Assembly (NCBI RefSeq): GCF_000007145.1
Contig: NC_003902.1
Location: 1,027,436 to 1,059,435 of the forward strand
Reading direction: 5' to 3'
Length of the DNA stretch: 32,000 nt
DNA from: Xanthomonas campestris pv. campestris str. ATCC 33913
GTDB taxonomy: Bacteria; Pseudomonadota; Gammaproteobacteria; Xanthomonadales; Xanthomonadaceae
In this document: one piece after another, positions 10,582 to 24,332 of the stretch
Layout: every line of letters begins with the position of its first letter
How positions within the stretch are numbered: position 1 is the first letter of the stretch
Made by a program: the position numbers and the translations under genes
Notes under the pieces: model-generated
The model's input: the letters and a program-made list of their open reading frames with translations, nothing else
What the model was told of the DNA's origin: nothing
Database searches by the model: none

Positions 10582-10992
10582 ATGAATAGCAAAATCGAGC
10601 CTTCCAAAAGCGCGTCTGCTGCAAGCGCTGATATCGTGAAATACGTCCTCTCCGCGCTCCTGGTGATTGCGGGGTTGTTTGTGTGGTTCTGGTTTTCTGC
10701 GCCTGAACGTGCAACCCAGTTTGGAGCCTGGACGCCGCAATTGCGCGCGCTGGCTGTGATCGTTGGGTTGGCGGCGGGTGCGTTTGTGTTTCTGGGGACC
10801 GGCAAAGGCCGTGAAACCCGTGAATTCATGTCCGAATCCAGGTTCGAGTTGCGCAAGGTGGTCTGGCCGACGCGCCAGGAAGCCATCCGTACTACCTGGG
10901 TCGTGATTGTTGTTGTAATCATTCTGAGTTTGCTGTTGGGCGGCTTCGATTTCGTCATCCAGAAGCTCACGCAGTGGTTCCTGGCTCGTTAA
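10582..10992 (+). CDS. secE: Preprotein translocase subunit SecE
   Basis: 136-aa ORF with three hydrophobic segments. The conserved C-terminal region reads [31 protein letters not shown] (SecE signature E..KV.WP.R.E). It lies immediately upstream of nusG. Confidence 0.9.
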   Translation: MNSKIEPSKSASAASADIVKYVLSALLVIAGLFVWFWFSAPERATQFGAWTPQLRALAVIVGLAAGAFVFLGTGKGRETREFMSESRFELRKVVWPTRQEAIRTTWVVIVVVIILSLLLGGFDFVIQKLTQWFLAR

Positions 10993-11005
10993 GGAGAATC
11001 AAGCA

Positions 11006-11563
11006 GTGAAGCGTTGGTATGTCGTTCACGCCTATTCAGGCTTCGAAAAATCCGTTGCGCAGGCTCTGCGCGACCGCATCGCACGCACCGAAATGGAAGA
11101 GCGTTTCGGCGACGTGCTGGTGCCGACCGAAGAGGTTATCGAGATGCGCGCCGGGCAGAAGCGCCGCTCCGAGCGCAAGTTCTTCCCCGGCTACGTGCTG
11201 GTGCAGATCGAGACGCATGACGAGGCCGGTATTCCGCGCATCGATAACGAAAGCTGGCATCTGGTGAAGGAAACCCCGAAGGTCATGGGGTTCATCGGTG
11301 GCACCGCCGATCGTCCGTTGCCGATTCGCGATGAAGAAGCCGATGCGATCCTGCAGCGTGTGCAGGACGGTGTCGAAAAGCCGCGTCCGAAGGTGTTGTT
11401 CGAGCCTGGCCAGATGGTGCGTGTCACCGACGGCCCGTTCAACGACTTCAACGGCGTGGTGGAAGAAGTCAACTACGAGAAGAGCAGGCTGCGTGTCGCG
11501 GTGCTGATCTTCGGTCGCTCCACGCCGGTCGAGCTCGAGTTCGGCCAGGTCGAGAAGGGCTGA
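11006..11563 (+). CDS. nusG: Transcription termination/antitermination factor NusG (GTG start)
   Basis: 185 aa, starting [21 protein letters not shown] domain is present near [21 protein letters not shown]. Confidence 0.95.
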   Translation: MKRWYVVHAYSGFEKSVAQALRDRIARTEMEERFGDVLVPTEEVIEMRAGQKRRSERKFFPGYVLVQIETHDEAGIPRIDNESWHLVKETPKVMGFIGGTADRPLPIRDEEADAILQRVQDGVEKPRPKVLFEPGQMVRVTDGPFNDFNGVVEEVNYEKSRLRVAVLIFGRSTPVELEFGQVEKG

Positions 11564-11570
11564 CCCTGGC

Positions 11571-11589
11571 GGGTGCCTGCTAGGCACCC
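11571..11589 (+). other. Stem-loop directly after the nusG stop (possible weak terminator or processing site)
   Basis: GGGTGCC (11571-11577) pairs with GGCACCC (11583-11589) around a 5-nt loop. No U-tract follows. It overlaps the predicted -35 of the rplK promoter. Confidence 0.25.
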
Positions 11590-11609
11590 TTGCCAATTAC
11601 TGCTATAGT
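11581..11609 (+). promoter_or_regulatory. Candidate sigma70 promoter of the L11 (rplKA) operon
   Basis: TAGGCA (11581-11586), 17 nt, TATAGT (11604-11609), followed by the GC-rich discriminator GCGCGGCTCG. The block CTATAGTGCGCGGCTCG matches 16 of 17 nt with a block upstream of rpsJ (27830-27846). Confidence 0.4.
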
Positions 11610-11760
11610 GCGCGGCTCGCTCACCTGGCGACCGCCGGGGACCAATGGCTGCCGTACGGCGGCCATCTGCGCATTGTCAAAACGCGAAGCCGGGACGCGT
11701 GATTCTCCCGGTCCGATGGGGAGCCTGTTGTTCAGGCGCTAGCACCCGGAGAGTATTGAA

Positions 11761-12189
11761 ATGGCTAAGAAAGTAGTTGCTTTAATCAAGTTGCAGGTCA
11801 AGGCCGGACAGGCCAATCCTGCGCCGCCGGTCGGTCCTGCGCTGGGTCAGCGCGGTCTGAACATCATGGAGTTCTGCAAGGCGTTCAATGCCGCGACCTC
11901 CAAGCTGGAGCCGGGCCTGCCGACGCCGGTGATCATCACCGCGTACTCGGACCGTACCTTCACCTTCATCACCAAGAGCACCCCGGCCAGCGTGCTGCTC
12001 AAGAAGGCTGCCGGCGTGAGCTCCGGGTCCAAGCGCCCGAACACCGACAAGGTGGGCAAGGTGACGCGCAAGCAGCTGGAAGAGATCGTCAAGGTCAAGG
12101 AAGCCGATCTCACGGCGGCCGAGCTGGAAGCGGCAGTGCGCACGATTGCGGGTTCTGCCCGCAGCATGGGTTTGACGGTGGAGGGCTAA
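11761..12189 (+). CDS. rplK: 50S ribosomal protein L11
   Basis: 142 aa, starting [44 protein letters not shown]. This is the canonical L11 N-terminal domain. Confidence 0.97.
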
Positions 12190-12192
12190 GAC

Positions 12193-12891
12193 ATGGCACA
12201 GAGCAAGCGCGTGAAGGCCATTGCGGCCGCTGTCGTTCCGGGCAAGACCTATGCCTTCGAAGACGCAATCAAGATCCTGAAGACCTCCACCAAGGCCAAG
12301 TTCGTCGAGTCCATCGACGTCGCTGTGCGCCTGGGCGTGGACGCCAAGAAGTCCGACCAGCAGGTGCGCGGTTCCACCGTGCTGCCGGCCGGTACCGGCA
12401 AGAGCGTGCGCGTTGCAGTGTTCGCACCGGCTGGCGCCAAGGCTGACGAAGCCCTGGCTGCAGGCGCCGAAGCCGTGGGTATGGACGACCTGGCCGAGAA
12501 GATGCAGGCCGGCGATCTGAACTACGACGTGGTCATCGCGACCCCGGACGCCATGCGCGTCGTCGGTAAGCTCGGCACCCTGTTGGGTCCGCGCGGCCTG
12601 ATGCCAAACCCGAAGGTCGGGACGGTTTCCCCGAACCCGGGTGAAGCGGTCAAGAACGCCAAGTCGGGTCAGGTGCGCTACCGCACCGACAAGGCCGGCA
12701 TCATCCACTGCACCATCGGCAAGGCCAGCTTCGACGACGAAGCGCTGAAGTCGAATCTGCAGGCGCTGCTGCTGGATCTGGTCAAGGCCAAGCCGGCCAC
12801 CTCCAAGGGTACCTACCTGCAGAAGGTGTCGGTCAGCTCGACCATGGGTCCCGGCGTGACCGTGGATCAGTCGAGCCTGTCGCTGAAGTAA
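12193..12891 (+). CDS. rplA: 50S ribosomal protein L1
   Basis: 232 aa. It contains the L1 motifs [24 protein letters not shown] and ...[14 protein letters not shown]. Confidence 0.97.
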
Positions 12892-12898
12892 TGCAGTA

Positions 12899-12923
12899 CG
12901 TCGGGCGTGTCACACGCCTGACG
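12899..12923 (+). other. Strong stem-loop immediately after the rplA stop
   Basis: CGTCGGGCGTG-TCA-CACGCCTGACG, an 11-bp stem with one G.U pair. No adjacent U-tract. Confidence 0.5.
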
Positions 12924-12976
12924 TGGTGTTGCAGTAATGCATTGTTTTTCCGGCCCGGGTCACCGTGTGCTGGGAG

Positions 12977-13009
12977 TCCGTTCCCTCCTTTGGGGAAACG
13001 GACATTTTG
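12977..13009 (+). terminator. Possible intrinsic terminator or attenuator downstream of rplA
   Basis: TCCGTTCCCTCC...GGGGAAACGGA forms an imperfect stem of about 10 bp, followed by CATTTTGA. Confidence 0.3.
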
Positions 13010-13439
13010 AAGGCGATCGCCGGTACTGCCGGCGGTAGCCGTCAAAGACCGCAGGCGCGGTCAGCGCAGATCGACGACGGGCAGGGATGCTCGCACTGGC
13101 ATGGAGTCGCCGTCGAGACAGCGGGATCGCTTGATTGGTTCGTCAGAGCCGGCCGGCGTAGATGGTGTCGCCCTTCTGGAGTTTTCTGGTTAACGCGCTT
13201 CTGGGGCAACCCGGATCGAGCCCACTCCAGGTCTAGAACGGCCACCAAAGGAACATCGGTCGATGTTCCCGGCTTCCAGGAAGGAGGCTGCCCTGGACCG
13301 CAACCGGCAGGAGCCGCGAGCGGAGTAGTTTGAAGCGGGGATGAGGGATTCAGCGTTGGGGATTTGCAGGAGCTGCTTCATGGCTTTCGACGAATCACCG
13401 GTCACGAATCACCAGTCCCGGCTTTAACGGAGGAGTGCA

Positions 13440-13973
13440 ATGGCTCTCAATCTGTCTCAGAAGCAAGAAGTAGTCGCCGAGCTGGCAGACATCGCCGCCA
13501 AGGCCCACTCCTTGATCGCCGCCGAATACGCTGGCATCACGGTCTCTCAGATGACCGCGATGCGCAAGCAGGCTCGCGAAACCGGCGTGTTCTTGAAAGT
13601 TGTCAAGAACACCCTGGCCGTGCGCGCTGTTGAAGGTACTGATTTCGCTGTCGCTGCTGACAAGCTGGTCGGTCCTTTGCTGTATGCGTTTTCGATGGAG
13701 GAGCCCGGCGCTGCCGGTCGCCTGATCAAGGAATTTGCCAAGGGCAACGACAAGTTGCAGGCCAAGGTCGTGTCCATCGGCGGGGAACTGTTCCCGGCCA
13801 GTCATGTGGACGTGTTGGCATCGCTGCCGACCCTCGACCAGGCTCTGGCCATGTTGGCCCGCGTGCTGTCCGAACCGGCTGCCATGTTCGCCCGTGCCGT
13901 CAAGGCCGTTGGCGACAAGCAGGGTGGTGGCGACGAAGCCGCCGCGCCGGTCGCCGAGACTGCCGAAGCTTGA
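13440..13973 (+). CDS. rplJ: 50S ribosomal protein L10
   Basis: 177 aa, starting [55 protein letters not shown] lies at 13429-13433. Confidence 0.97.
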   Translation: MALNLSQKQEVVAELADIAAKAHSLIAAEYAGITVSQMTAMRKQARETGVFLKVVKNTLAVRAVEGTDFAVAADKLVGPLLYAFSMEEPGAAGRLIKEFAKGNDKLQAKVVSIGGELFPASHVDVLASLPTLDQALAMLARVLSEPAAMFARAVKAVGDKQGGGDEAAAPVAETAEA

Positions 13974-14027
13974 TGTCCTAGCGTTCGCTAGAACCCCAAT
14001 CCAGAAAATCATTTAAAGGTAATCACA

Positions 14028-14393
14028 ATGTCCCTTACCAACGAACAGATCGTCGACGCCATCGCCGAGAAGTCCCTGATGGAAGTGATGGAGCTGGTCA
14101 AGGCCATCGAAGAGAAGTTCGGCGTCTCCGCCGCTGCCCCGGTCGCAGCAGCTGCTGCCGGCCCGGCTGCCGTGGTCGAAGAGCAGACCGAGTTCACCGT
14201 GGTGCTGACCAGCCCCGGCGCCAACAAGGTTGCCGCGATTAAGGCTGTGCGCGGCGTGACCGGTCTCGGTCTGAAGGAAGCCAAGGATCTGACCGAAGCC
14301 GGCGGCATCCTGAAGGAAGGCGTCAGCAAGGATGAAGCCGAGAAGATCAAGAAGGAAATGACCGAAGCCGGCGCGACCGTCGAAGTCAAGTAA
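14028..14393 (+). CDS. rplL: 50S ribosomal protein L7/L12
   Basis: 121 aa with an Ala-rich hinge and the C-terminal domain [27 protein letters not shown]...EAGATVEVK. Confidence 0.97.
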
Positions 14394-14437
14394 GCGGCAT
14401 CTTGCATCGCCCGCGTTTCATGGTGATGCACTGAAGG

Positions 14438-14467
14438 CTGGGGGCGTAAAGCCCCCGGCCTTTGGCC
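14438..14467 (+). terminator. Candidate attenuator in the rplL-rpoB spacer
   Basis: CTGGGGGC (14438-14445) pairs with GCCCCCGG (14451-14458) around the loop GTAAA, followed by CCTTTGGCC, a weak U-tract. The position matches the partial terminator known between rplL and rpoB in E. coli. Confidence 0.4.
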
Positions 14468-14647
14468 GTTCCGGAGAGGTGTCATTTTCGGATGGCCAAA
14501 TCCAACTCGCAGTCTCAAGGAGTTGGTAGTTGGAAGTAGCAGGAGAAGGCGTGCTGGTGCCGGCAATACCAGCGACTTCCAACTGACAACTTTTGTTATC
14601 TCAGGGCCGCTGCAACGCGGCCCCCGCAGCCCAGGGTGGAAGACCTC

Positions 14648-18799
<4,152 letters not shown>

Positions 18800-18899
18800 T
18801 CGGACAGGACCCGGGGGCCGCCACGCGGCGCCCGGTGTCCTCCCGCATGACCGCCTGTTTCATCTCAGATACGAAATTCCTCCGACCCGGAGATATCAA

Positions 18900-21800
18900 A
18901 TGAAAGACCTGCTCAATCTCTTCAATCAGCAGCGCCAGACGCTGGATTTCGACGCGATCAAGATCGCGCTGGCGTCGCCGGACCTGATTCGTTCGTGGTC
19001 CTACGGCGAAGTGAAGAAGCCCGAAACCATCAACTACCGGACCTTCAAGCCCGAGCGTGACGGCCTGTTCTGCGCCGCCATCTTCGGACCGATCAAGGAC
19101 TACGAGTGCCTGTGCGGCAAGTACAAGCGCATGAAGCACCGTGGCGTGGTCTGCGAAAAGTGCGGCACCGAAGTCACCCTGGCCAAGGTGCGTCGCGAGC
19201 GCATGGGTCACATCGACCTGGCCTCGCCGGTCGCGCACATCTGGTTCCTCAAGTCGCTGCCGTCGCGCATCGGCCTGATGCTGGACATGACCCTGCGTGA
19301 CATCGAGCGCGTGCTGTACTTCGAAGCCTATGTCGTCACCGAGCCGGGCCTGACCCCGCTCGAGCGCCGCCAGCTGCTGACCGAAGAGCAGTACCTGACC
19401 GCACGCCAGGAGTACAACGACGACTTCGACGCCGCCATGGGCGCCGAGGCCGTGTACGAGCTGCTGCGCACGATCGACCTGCAGTCGGAAATGACCCGTC
19501 TGCGCGAAGAAATCGCCAGCACCGGTTCGGAAACCAAGCTCAAGCGTCTCACCAAGCGCATCAAACTGATCGAAGCCTTCCTGGAGTCGGGTAACCGTCC
19601 GGAGTGGATGGTCATGACCGTGTTGCCCGTGCTGCCGCCGGACCTGCGTCCGCTGGTGCCGCTGGATGGTGGCCGCTTCGCGACCTCGGATCTGAACGAT
19701 CTGTACCGCCGCGTGATCAACCGCAACAACCGTCTGCGCCGCCTGCTGGAGCTCAACGCTCCGGACATCATCGTGCGCAACGAAAAGCGCATGCTGCAGG
19801 AATCGGTGGATGCGCTGCTGGACAACGGCCGGCGCGGTCGTGCGATCACCGGCACCAACAAGCGTCCGCTGAAGTCGCTGGCCGACATGATCAAGGGCAA
19901 GCAGGGCCGGTTCCGTCAGAACCTGCTCGGCAAGCGCGTGGACTACTCTGGTCGTTCGGTCATCACCGTCGGTCCGTACCTCAAGCTGCACCAGTGCGGC
20001 CTGCCGAAGAAGATGGCGCTGGAGCTGTTCAAGCCGTTCGTGTTCGCCAAGCTGCAGCGTCGCGGCCTGGCCACCACCATCAAGGCCGCCAAGAAGCTGG
20101 TCGAGCGCGAAGAAGCCGAAGTCTGGGACATCCTGGAAGAGGTGATCCGCGAGCATCCGGTGCTGCTGAACCGTGCGCCGACCCTGCACCGTCTGGGCAT
20201 CCAGGCGTTCGAGCCGGTGTTGATCGAAGGCAAGGCCATCCAGCTGCATCCGCTGGTCTGCACCGCGTTCAACGCCGACTTCGACGGTGACCAGATGGCC
20301 GTCCACGTGCCGCTCTCGCTGGAAGCCCAGCTGGAAGCGCGTGCGCTGATGATGTCCACCAACAACATCCTGTCGCCGGCCAACGGCGAGCCGATCATCG
20401 TGCCGTCGCAGGACGTGGTGTTGGGCCTGTACTACATGAGCCGCGCCCTGGAGAACAAGAAGGGCGAGGGCATGGTGTTTGCCAACACCAGCGAAGTGAA
20501 GCGCGCCTACGACAACCGCGTGGTGGAACTGCACGCCAAGGTCAAGGTCCGCATCACCCAGGTGGACGTCGACACCGTTGATGGCAAGCGCACCAGCGGC
20601 ACCTCGATCGTGGATACCACGGTCGGTCGTGCGCTGCTGAGCGAAATCCTGCCCGAAGGCCTGCCGTTCCAGCTGGCCAACACCGAGATGACCAAGAAGA
20701 ACATCTCGCGTCTGATCAACTCCAGCTACCGTCTGCTGGGCTTGAAGGACACGGTCGTGTTCGCCGACAAGCTGATGTACACCGGCTATGCCTACGCAAC
20801 CCGCGCAGGCGTGTCGATCGGCATCGACGACATGCTGATTCCGGACGAGAAGAAGGGCATCCTCACCGAGGCAGAAGCCGAAGTGCTGGAAATCCAGGAG
20901 CAGTACCAGTCCGGTCTGGTCACCGCCGGCGAGCGCTACAACAAGGTCGTGGACATCTGGTCGCGTACCAGCGAGCGCATCGCCAAGGCGATGATGGACA
21001 CCATCGGTACCGAGAAGGTCGAAAATGCCAAGGGCGAAACCATCGACCAGAAGTCGATGAACTCGCTCTACATCATGGCCGACTCCGGTGCGCGTGGTAG
21101 CCAGGCGCAGATCCGTCAGCTGGCCGGTATGCGCGGCCTGATGGCGCGTCCGGACGGCTCGATCATCGAGACGCCCATCAAGGCGAACTTCCGCGAAGGC
21201 CTGAACGTGCAGGAGTACTTCAACTCCACCCACGGTGCCCGTAAGGGTCTGGCCGATACCGCGTTGAAGACGGCGAACTCGGGTTACCTGACCCGTCGTC
21301 TGGTCGACGTGGCGCAGGACGTGGTGATCACCGAAGTCGATTGCGGCACCACCGAGGGGTTGATCATGACCCCGATCGTGGAAGGCGGCGACGTGGTGGA
21401 GCCGTTGAAGGAGCGCGTGCTGGGCCGTGTCGTGGCCGAGGACGTGTACCTGCCGGGCAACGACGAAGAACCGATCGTCACCCGCAACACGCTGCTCGAC
21501 GAAGCCTGGGTTGCCAAGCTGGAAGACGCCAGCGTGCAGTCGGTGAAGGTGCGTTCGACCATCAGCTGCGAATCCTCGTTCGGCGTGTGCGCACGCTGCT
21601 ACGGCCGCGATCTCGCACGTGGTCACCAGGTCAACATCGGCGAAGCGGTCGGCGTCATCGCCGCGCAGTCGATCGGTGAGCCGGGTACCCAGCTGACCAT
21701 GCGTACGTTCCACATCGGTGGTGCGGCATCGCGTGCGGCTGCGGTGGACAACATCACCGTCAAGACCACCGGTTCGGTGAAGTTCAACAACCTCAAGTCG

Positions 21801-23117
21801 GTGGCGCATGCCAGCGGCGCACTGGTTGCGGTCTCGCGTTCGGGCGAACTGTCCGTGCTCGATGGCCATGGCCGTGAGCGTGAGCGCTACAAGCTGCCCT
21901 ACGGTGCCACCATCACCGCCAAGGATGGTGATGCAGTCAAGGCCGGTCAGGCCGTGGCCAATTGGGATCCGCATAACCACCCGATCGTGTCGGAAGTGGC
22001 CGGTTTCATTCGCTTCATCGACTTCGTCGACGGCGTCACCGTCATCGAGAAGACCGACGAACTGACTGGTCTGGCGTCGCGCGAAATCACCGACCCGAAG
22101 CGTCGTGGTGCCCAGGCCAAGGAGCTGCGCCCGATCGTGCGCATCGTTGATGCCAAGGGCAATGATCTGACCATTCCGAACACGGATCTGCCGGCGCAGT
22201 ACCTGCTGCCGCCGCGCTCGATCGTCAACCTGCAGGACGGCGCCGCCGTCGGCGTGGGCGACGTGGTGGCGAAGATCCCGCAGGAAGCGTCGAAGACCCG
22301 CGACATCACCGGTGGTCTGCCGCGCGTGGCCGATCTGTTCGAAGCACGCAAGCCGAAGGATCCTGCGATCCTGGCCGAGCGCTCGGGCATCATCAGCTTC
22401 GGTAAGGACACCAAGGGCAAGCAGCGTCTGATCATCAAGGACACCGATGGCAGCGAACACGAAGAGCTGATCCCCAAGTACCGCCAGATCATCGTGTTCG
22501 AAGGCGAGCACGTGACCAAGGGCGAGACCGTGGTGGACGGCGAGCCGAGCCCGCAGGACATCCTGCGTCTGCTGGGTGTCGAGCCGCTGGCCGCGTATCT
22601 GGTCAAGGAAATTCAGGACGTGTACCGCCTGCAGGGCGTGAAGATCAACGACAAGCACATCGAGGTGATCACTCGCCAGATGCTGCGTAAGGTCGAGATC
22701 ACCGATCAGGGCAACAGCAAGTTCCTCAACGGCGAGCAGGTCGAGCGCCAGCGCGTCATCGAGGAAAATGCACGCCTGGTCACGCGCAACGAGCTGCCGG
22801 CCAAGTACGACCCGGTGCTGCTGGGTATCACCAAGGCCTCGCTGGCCACCGAGTCGTTCATCTCGGCGGCGTCGTTCCAGGAGACCACACGCGTGTTGAC
22901 CGAGGCTGCCGTCCGCGGCACCCGCGACAACCTGCGCGGTCTGAAGGAAAACGTCATCGTGGGTCGTCTGATTCCGGCCGGTACCGGTCTGGCGTATCAC
23001 GCCGGTCGCCGCAAGGCATCGGGTCTGACCGACTCGGAAATGGAAACGCTGTCCGGCAAGCCGGCAGTGGTTGAACCGGTCGCGACCGTGGCCGACGCTG
23101 GTGCGGACGAGGAGTAA
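18900..23117 (+). CDS. rpoC: DNA-directed RNA polymerase beta-prime subunit
   Basis: 1405 aa. It has a zinc-binding [20 protein letters not shown] and the catalytic NADFDGD motif ([14 protein letters not shown]). Confidence 0.98.
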   Translation: MKDLLNLFNQQRQTLDFDAIKIALASPDLIRSWSYGEVKKPETINYRTFKPERDGLFCAAIFGPIKDYECLCGKYKRMKHRGVVCEKCGTEVTLAKVRRERMGHIDLASPVAHIWFLKSLPSRIGLMLDMTLRDIERVLYFEAYVVTEPGLTPLERRQLLTEEQYLTARQEYNDDFDAAMGAEAVYELLRTIDLQSEMTRLREEIASTGSETKLKRLTKRIKLIEAFLESGNRPEWMVMTVLPVLPPDLRPLVPLDGGRFATSDLNDLYRRVINRNNRLRRLLELNAPDIIVRNEKRMLQESVDALLDNGRRGRAITGTNKRPLKSLADMIKGKQGRFRQNLLGKRVDYSGRSVITVGPYLKLHQCGLPKKMALELFKPFVFAKLQRRGLATTIKAAKKLVEREEAEVWDILEEVIREHPVLLNRAPTLHRLGIQAFEPVLIEGKAIQLHPLVCTAFNADFDGDQMAVHVPLSLEAQLEARALMMSTNNILSPANGEPIIVPSQDVVLGLYYMSRALENKKGEGMVFANTSEVKRAYDNRVVELHAKVKVRITQVDVDTVDGKRTSGTSIVDTTVGRALLSEILPEGLPFQLANTEMTKKNISRLINSSYRLLGLKDTVVFADKLMYTGYAYATRAGVSIGIDDMLIPDEKKGILTEAEAEVLEIQEQYQSGLVTAGERYNKVVDIWSRTSERIAKAMMDTIGTEKVENAKGETIDQKSMNSLYIMADSGARGSQAQIRQLAGMRGLMARPDGSIIETPIKANFREGLNVQEYFNSTHGARKGLADTALKTANSGYLTRRLVDVAQDVVITEVDCGTTEGLIMTPIVEGGDVVEPLKERVLGRVVAEDVYLPGNDEEPIVTRNTLLDEAWVAKLEDASVQSVKVRSTISCESSFGVCARCYGRDLARGHQVNIGEAVGVIAAQSIGEPGTQLTMRTFHIGGAASRAAAVDNITVKTTGSVKFNNLKSVAHASGALVAVSRSGELSVLDGHGRERERYKLPYGATITAKDGDAVKAGQAVANWDPHNHPIVSEVAGFIRFIDFVDGVTVIEKTDELTGLASREITDPKRRGAQAKELRPIVRIVDAKGNDLTIPNTDLPAQYLLPPRSIVNLQDGAAVGVGDVVAKIPQEASKTRDITGGLPRVADLFEARKPKDPAILAERSGIISFGKDTKGKQRLIIKDTDGSEHEELIPKYRQIIVFEGEHVTKGETVVDGEPSPQDILRLLGVEPLAAYLVKEIQDVYRLQGVKINDKHIEVITRQMLRKVEITDQGNSKFLNGEQVERQRVIEENARLVTRNELPAKYDPVLLGITKASLATESFISAASFQETTRVLTEAAVRGTRDNLRGLKENVIVGRLIPAGTGLAYHAGRRKASGLTDSEMETLSGKPAVVEPVATVADAGADEE

Positions 23118-23126
23118 GCGCTCCGA

Positions 23127-23146
23127 CGGCGGCCGCAAGGCCGCCG
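23127..23146 (+). other. Perfect GC hairpin with a GCAA tetraloop after the rpoC stop
   Basis: CGGCGGCC-GCAA-GGCCGCCG. No U-tract. Confidence 0.6.
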
Positions 23147-23161
23147 GTAGCCAAGCGAAAA

Positions 23162-23187
23162 GGAGGGCAGGAGGCCCTCCGTTTTCC
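23162..23187 (+). terminator. Intrinsic terminator of the rplKAJL-rpoBC region
   Basis: GGAGGGC (23162-23168) pairs with GCCCTCC (23174-23180) around a 5-nt loop, followed by GTTTTCC. Confidence 0.65.
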
Positions 23188-23226
23188 GGCCTTTGGATGG
23201 GCCAGCAGGGTTAGATTTCCGTGAAG

Positions 23227-23256
23227 TTGACGGAGTTTCGTCCTGCCAGCTATACT
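23227..23256 (+). promoter_or_regulatory. Candidate sigma70 promoter of the str operon (rpsL-rpsG-fusA-tuf)
   Basis: TTGACG (23227-23232), 18 nt, TATACT (23251-23256). It lies about 85 nt upstream of the rpsL ATG and just downstream of the rpoC terminator. Confidence 0.5.
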
Positions 23257-23340
23257 TCCCTGTCTCGGCGGGCCGTTATTCGGCCTGCCTTCGTTTTCAT
23301 GCAAGGCCGTTTTTTGGCCTCCAATCAGAAGAATCGACTG

Positions 23341-23715
23341 ATGGCAACGATTAATCAGCTGGTCCGCAAGCCTCGGCAGGCGACCACCTACAAGAGTGCC
23401 TCCCCGGCACTGGACAAGTGTCCGCAGCGCCGTGGCGTTTGCACACGCGTCTATACCACAACCCCGAAGAAGCCGAACTCGGCCCTTCGTAAGGTCGCCA
23501 AGGTGCGCCTGACGAACCAGGAAGAGGTCATCAGCTACATCGGTGGTGAAGGCCACAACCTGCAGGAGCACTCCGTGGTCCTGATTCGTGGTGGTCGCGT
23601 CAAGGATCTTCCCGGTGTGCGTTATCACACCGTCCGTGGTTCGCTGGACGCCGCCGGCGTCGCAAAGCGCCGTCAAGGTCGTTCCAAGTACGGCGCCAAG
23701 CGCCCGAAGAGCTAA
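23341..23715 (+). CDS. rpsL: 30S ribosomal protein S12
   Basis: Internal ATG gives [13 protein letters not shown]...[26 protein letters not shown]...[13 protein letters not shown], 124 aa. The ORF-track start at 23221 is an upstream extension. Confidence 0.98.
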   Translation: MATINQLVRKPRQATTYKSASPALDKCPQRRGVCTRVYTTTPKKPNSALRKVAKVRLTNQEEVISYIGGEGHNLQEHSVVLIRGGRVKDLPGVRYHTVRGSLDAAGVAKRRQGRSKYGAKRPKS

Positions 23716-23727
23716 GGAAATACACCA

Positions 23728-24195
23728 ATGTCCCGTAAAGGTTCTACTCCGCAGCGCACCGTCCTGCCTGATCCAAAGCATGGCAGCGAAACCATTGCCC
23801 GCTTCATCAATATGGTGATGCAAAGTGGCAAGAAGTCGGTTGCTGAGAAAATTGTCTATGGCGCAATGGACGTCATTGGCGAAAAGAATCCGAATGCCGT
23901 CGAGCTGGTGCAGAAAGCACTGGACAACGTGGCCCCGGCTGTCGAAGTCAAATCGCGTCGCGTCGGTGGTGCTACCTATCAGGTGCCCGTCGAAGTGCGC
24001 TCCTCCCGTCGTATGGCGCTGGCAATGCGCTGGTTGATCGATTCCGCGCGCAAGCGTGGTGAGAACACCATGCCGCGCAAGCTGGCTGCAGAACTGTTGG
24101 ACGCCTCGGAAAGCCGTGGCGGCGCGATCAAGAAGCGCGAAGAGACTCACCGTATGGCGGAGGCGAACAAGGCGTTCGCACATTACCGCTGGTGA
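23728..24195 (+). CDS. rpsG: 30S ribosomal protein S7
   Basis: 155 aa, starting [46 protein letters not shown] and containing ...[19 protein letters not shown]. Confidence 0.98.
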   Translation: MSRKGSTPQRTVLPDPKHGSETIARFINMVMQSGKKSVAEKIVYGAMDVIGEKNPNAVELVQKALDNVAPAVEVKSRRVGGATYQVPVEVRSSRRMALAMRWLIDSARKRGENTMPRKLAAELLDASESRGGAIKKREETHRMAEANKAFAHYRW

Positions 24196-24332
24196 CCTCG
24201 GGGGCCTTGGTAACGGGGCCCTTCAGCACCATATGAGTGCTGTTTGCGACGCGCAAAGCGTCGCATCCAATCCGAAGGCCGCCGAAAGGCGGCGTTCGGC
24301 CATCCGAAATCCAAGAAATTGAGAGGCTCCCC

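Larger units (their letters stand above)
12892..13439 (+). promoter_or_regulatory. 548-nt rplA-rplJ intergenic region; expected site of the L10 operon promoter and the L10(L12)4 autoregulatory leader
   Basis: Assignment is by position, by analogy with the long E. coli rplJ leader. The region contains several stable hairpins, for example a perfect GGAACATCG/CGATGTTCC stem at 13250-13269. I could not identify a convincing -35/-10 pair by eye. Confidence 0.45.

Noticed and set aside
12965-13333. 122-aa ORF inside the rplA-rplJ spacer, and a 182-aa ORF (27784..28332) in the tuf-rpsJ spacer
   Set aside because: Neither has an SD, and both have Arg/Gly/Ala-rich, non-protein-like composition. The region is expected to be an untranslated r-protein leader, and 27784..28332 also overlaps rpsJ out of frame. 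A small protein cannot be excluded without conservation or ribosome-profiling data, but nothing supports one.
23221-23340. Upstream extensions of rpsL (GTG 23221); also prs (4984), fusA (24237), rpsJ (27953), lolB (3272), pth (6876), ychF (7507) and rpoB (14636)
   Set aside because: In each case an internal start reproduces the conserved N-terminus of the protein family and has a better SD. The extensions cover promoter, leader or terminator sequence.
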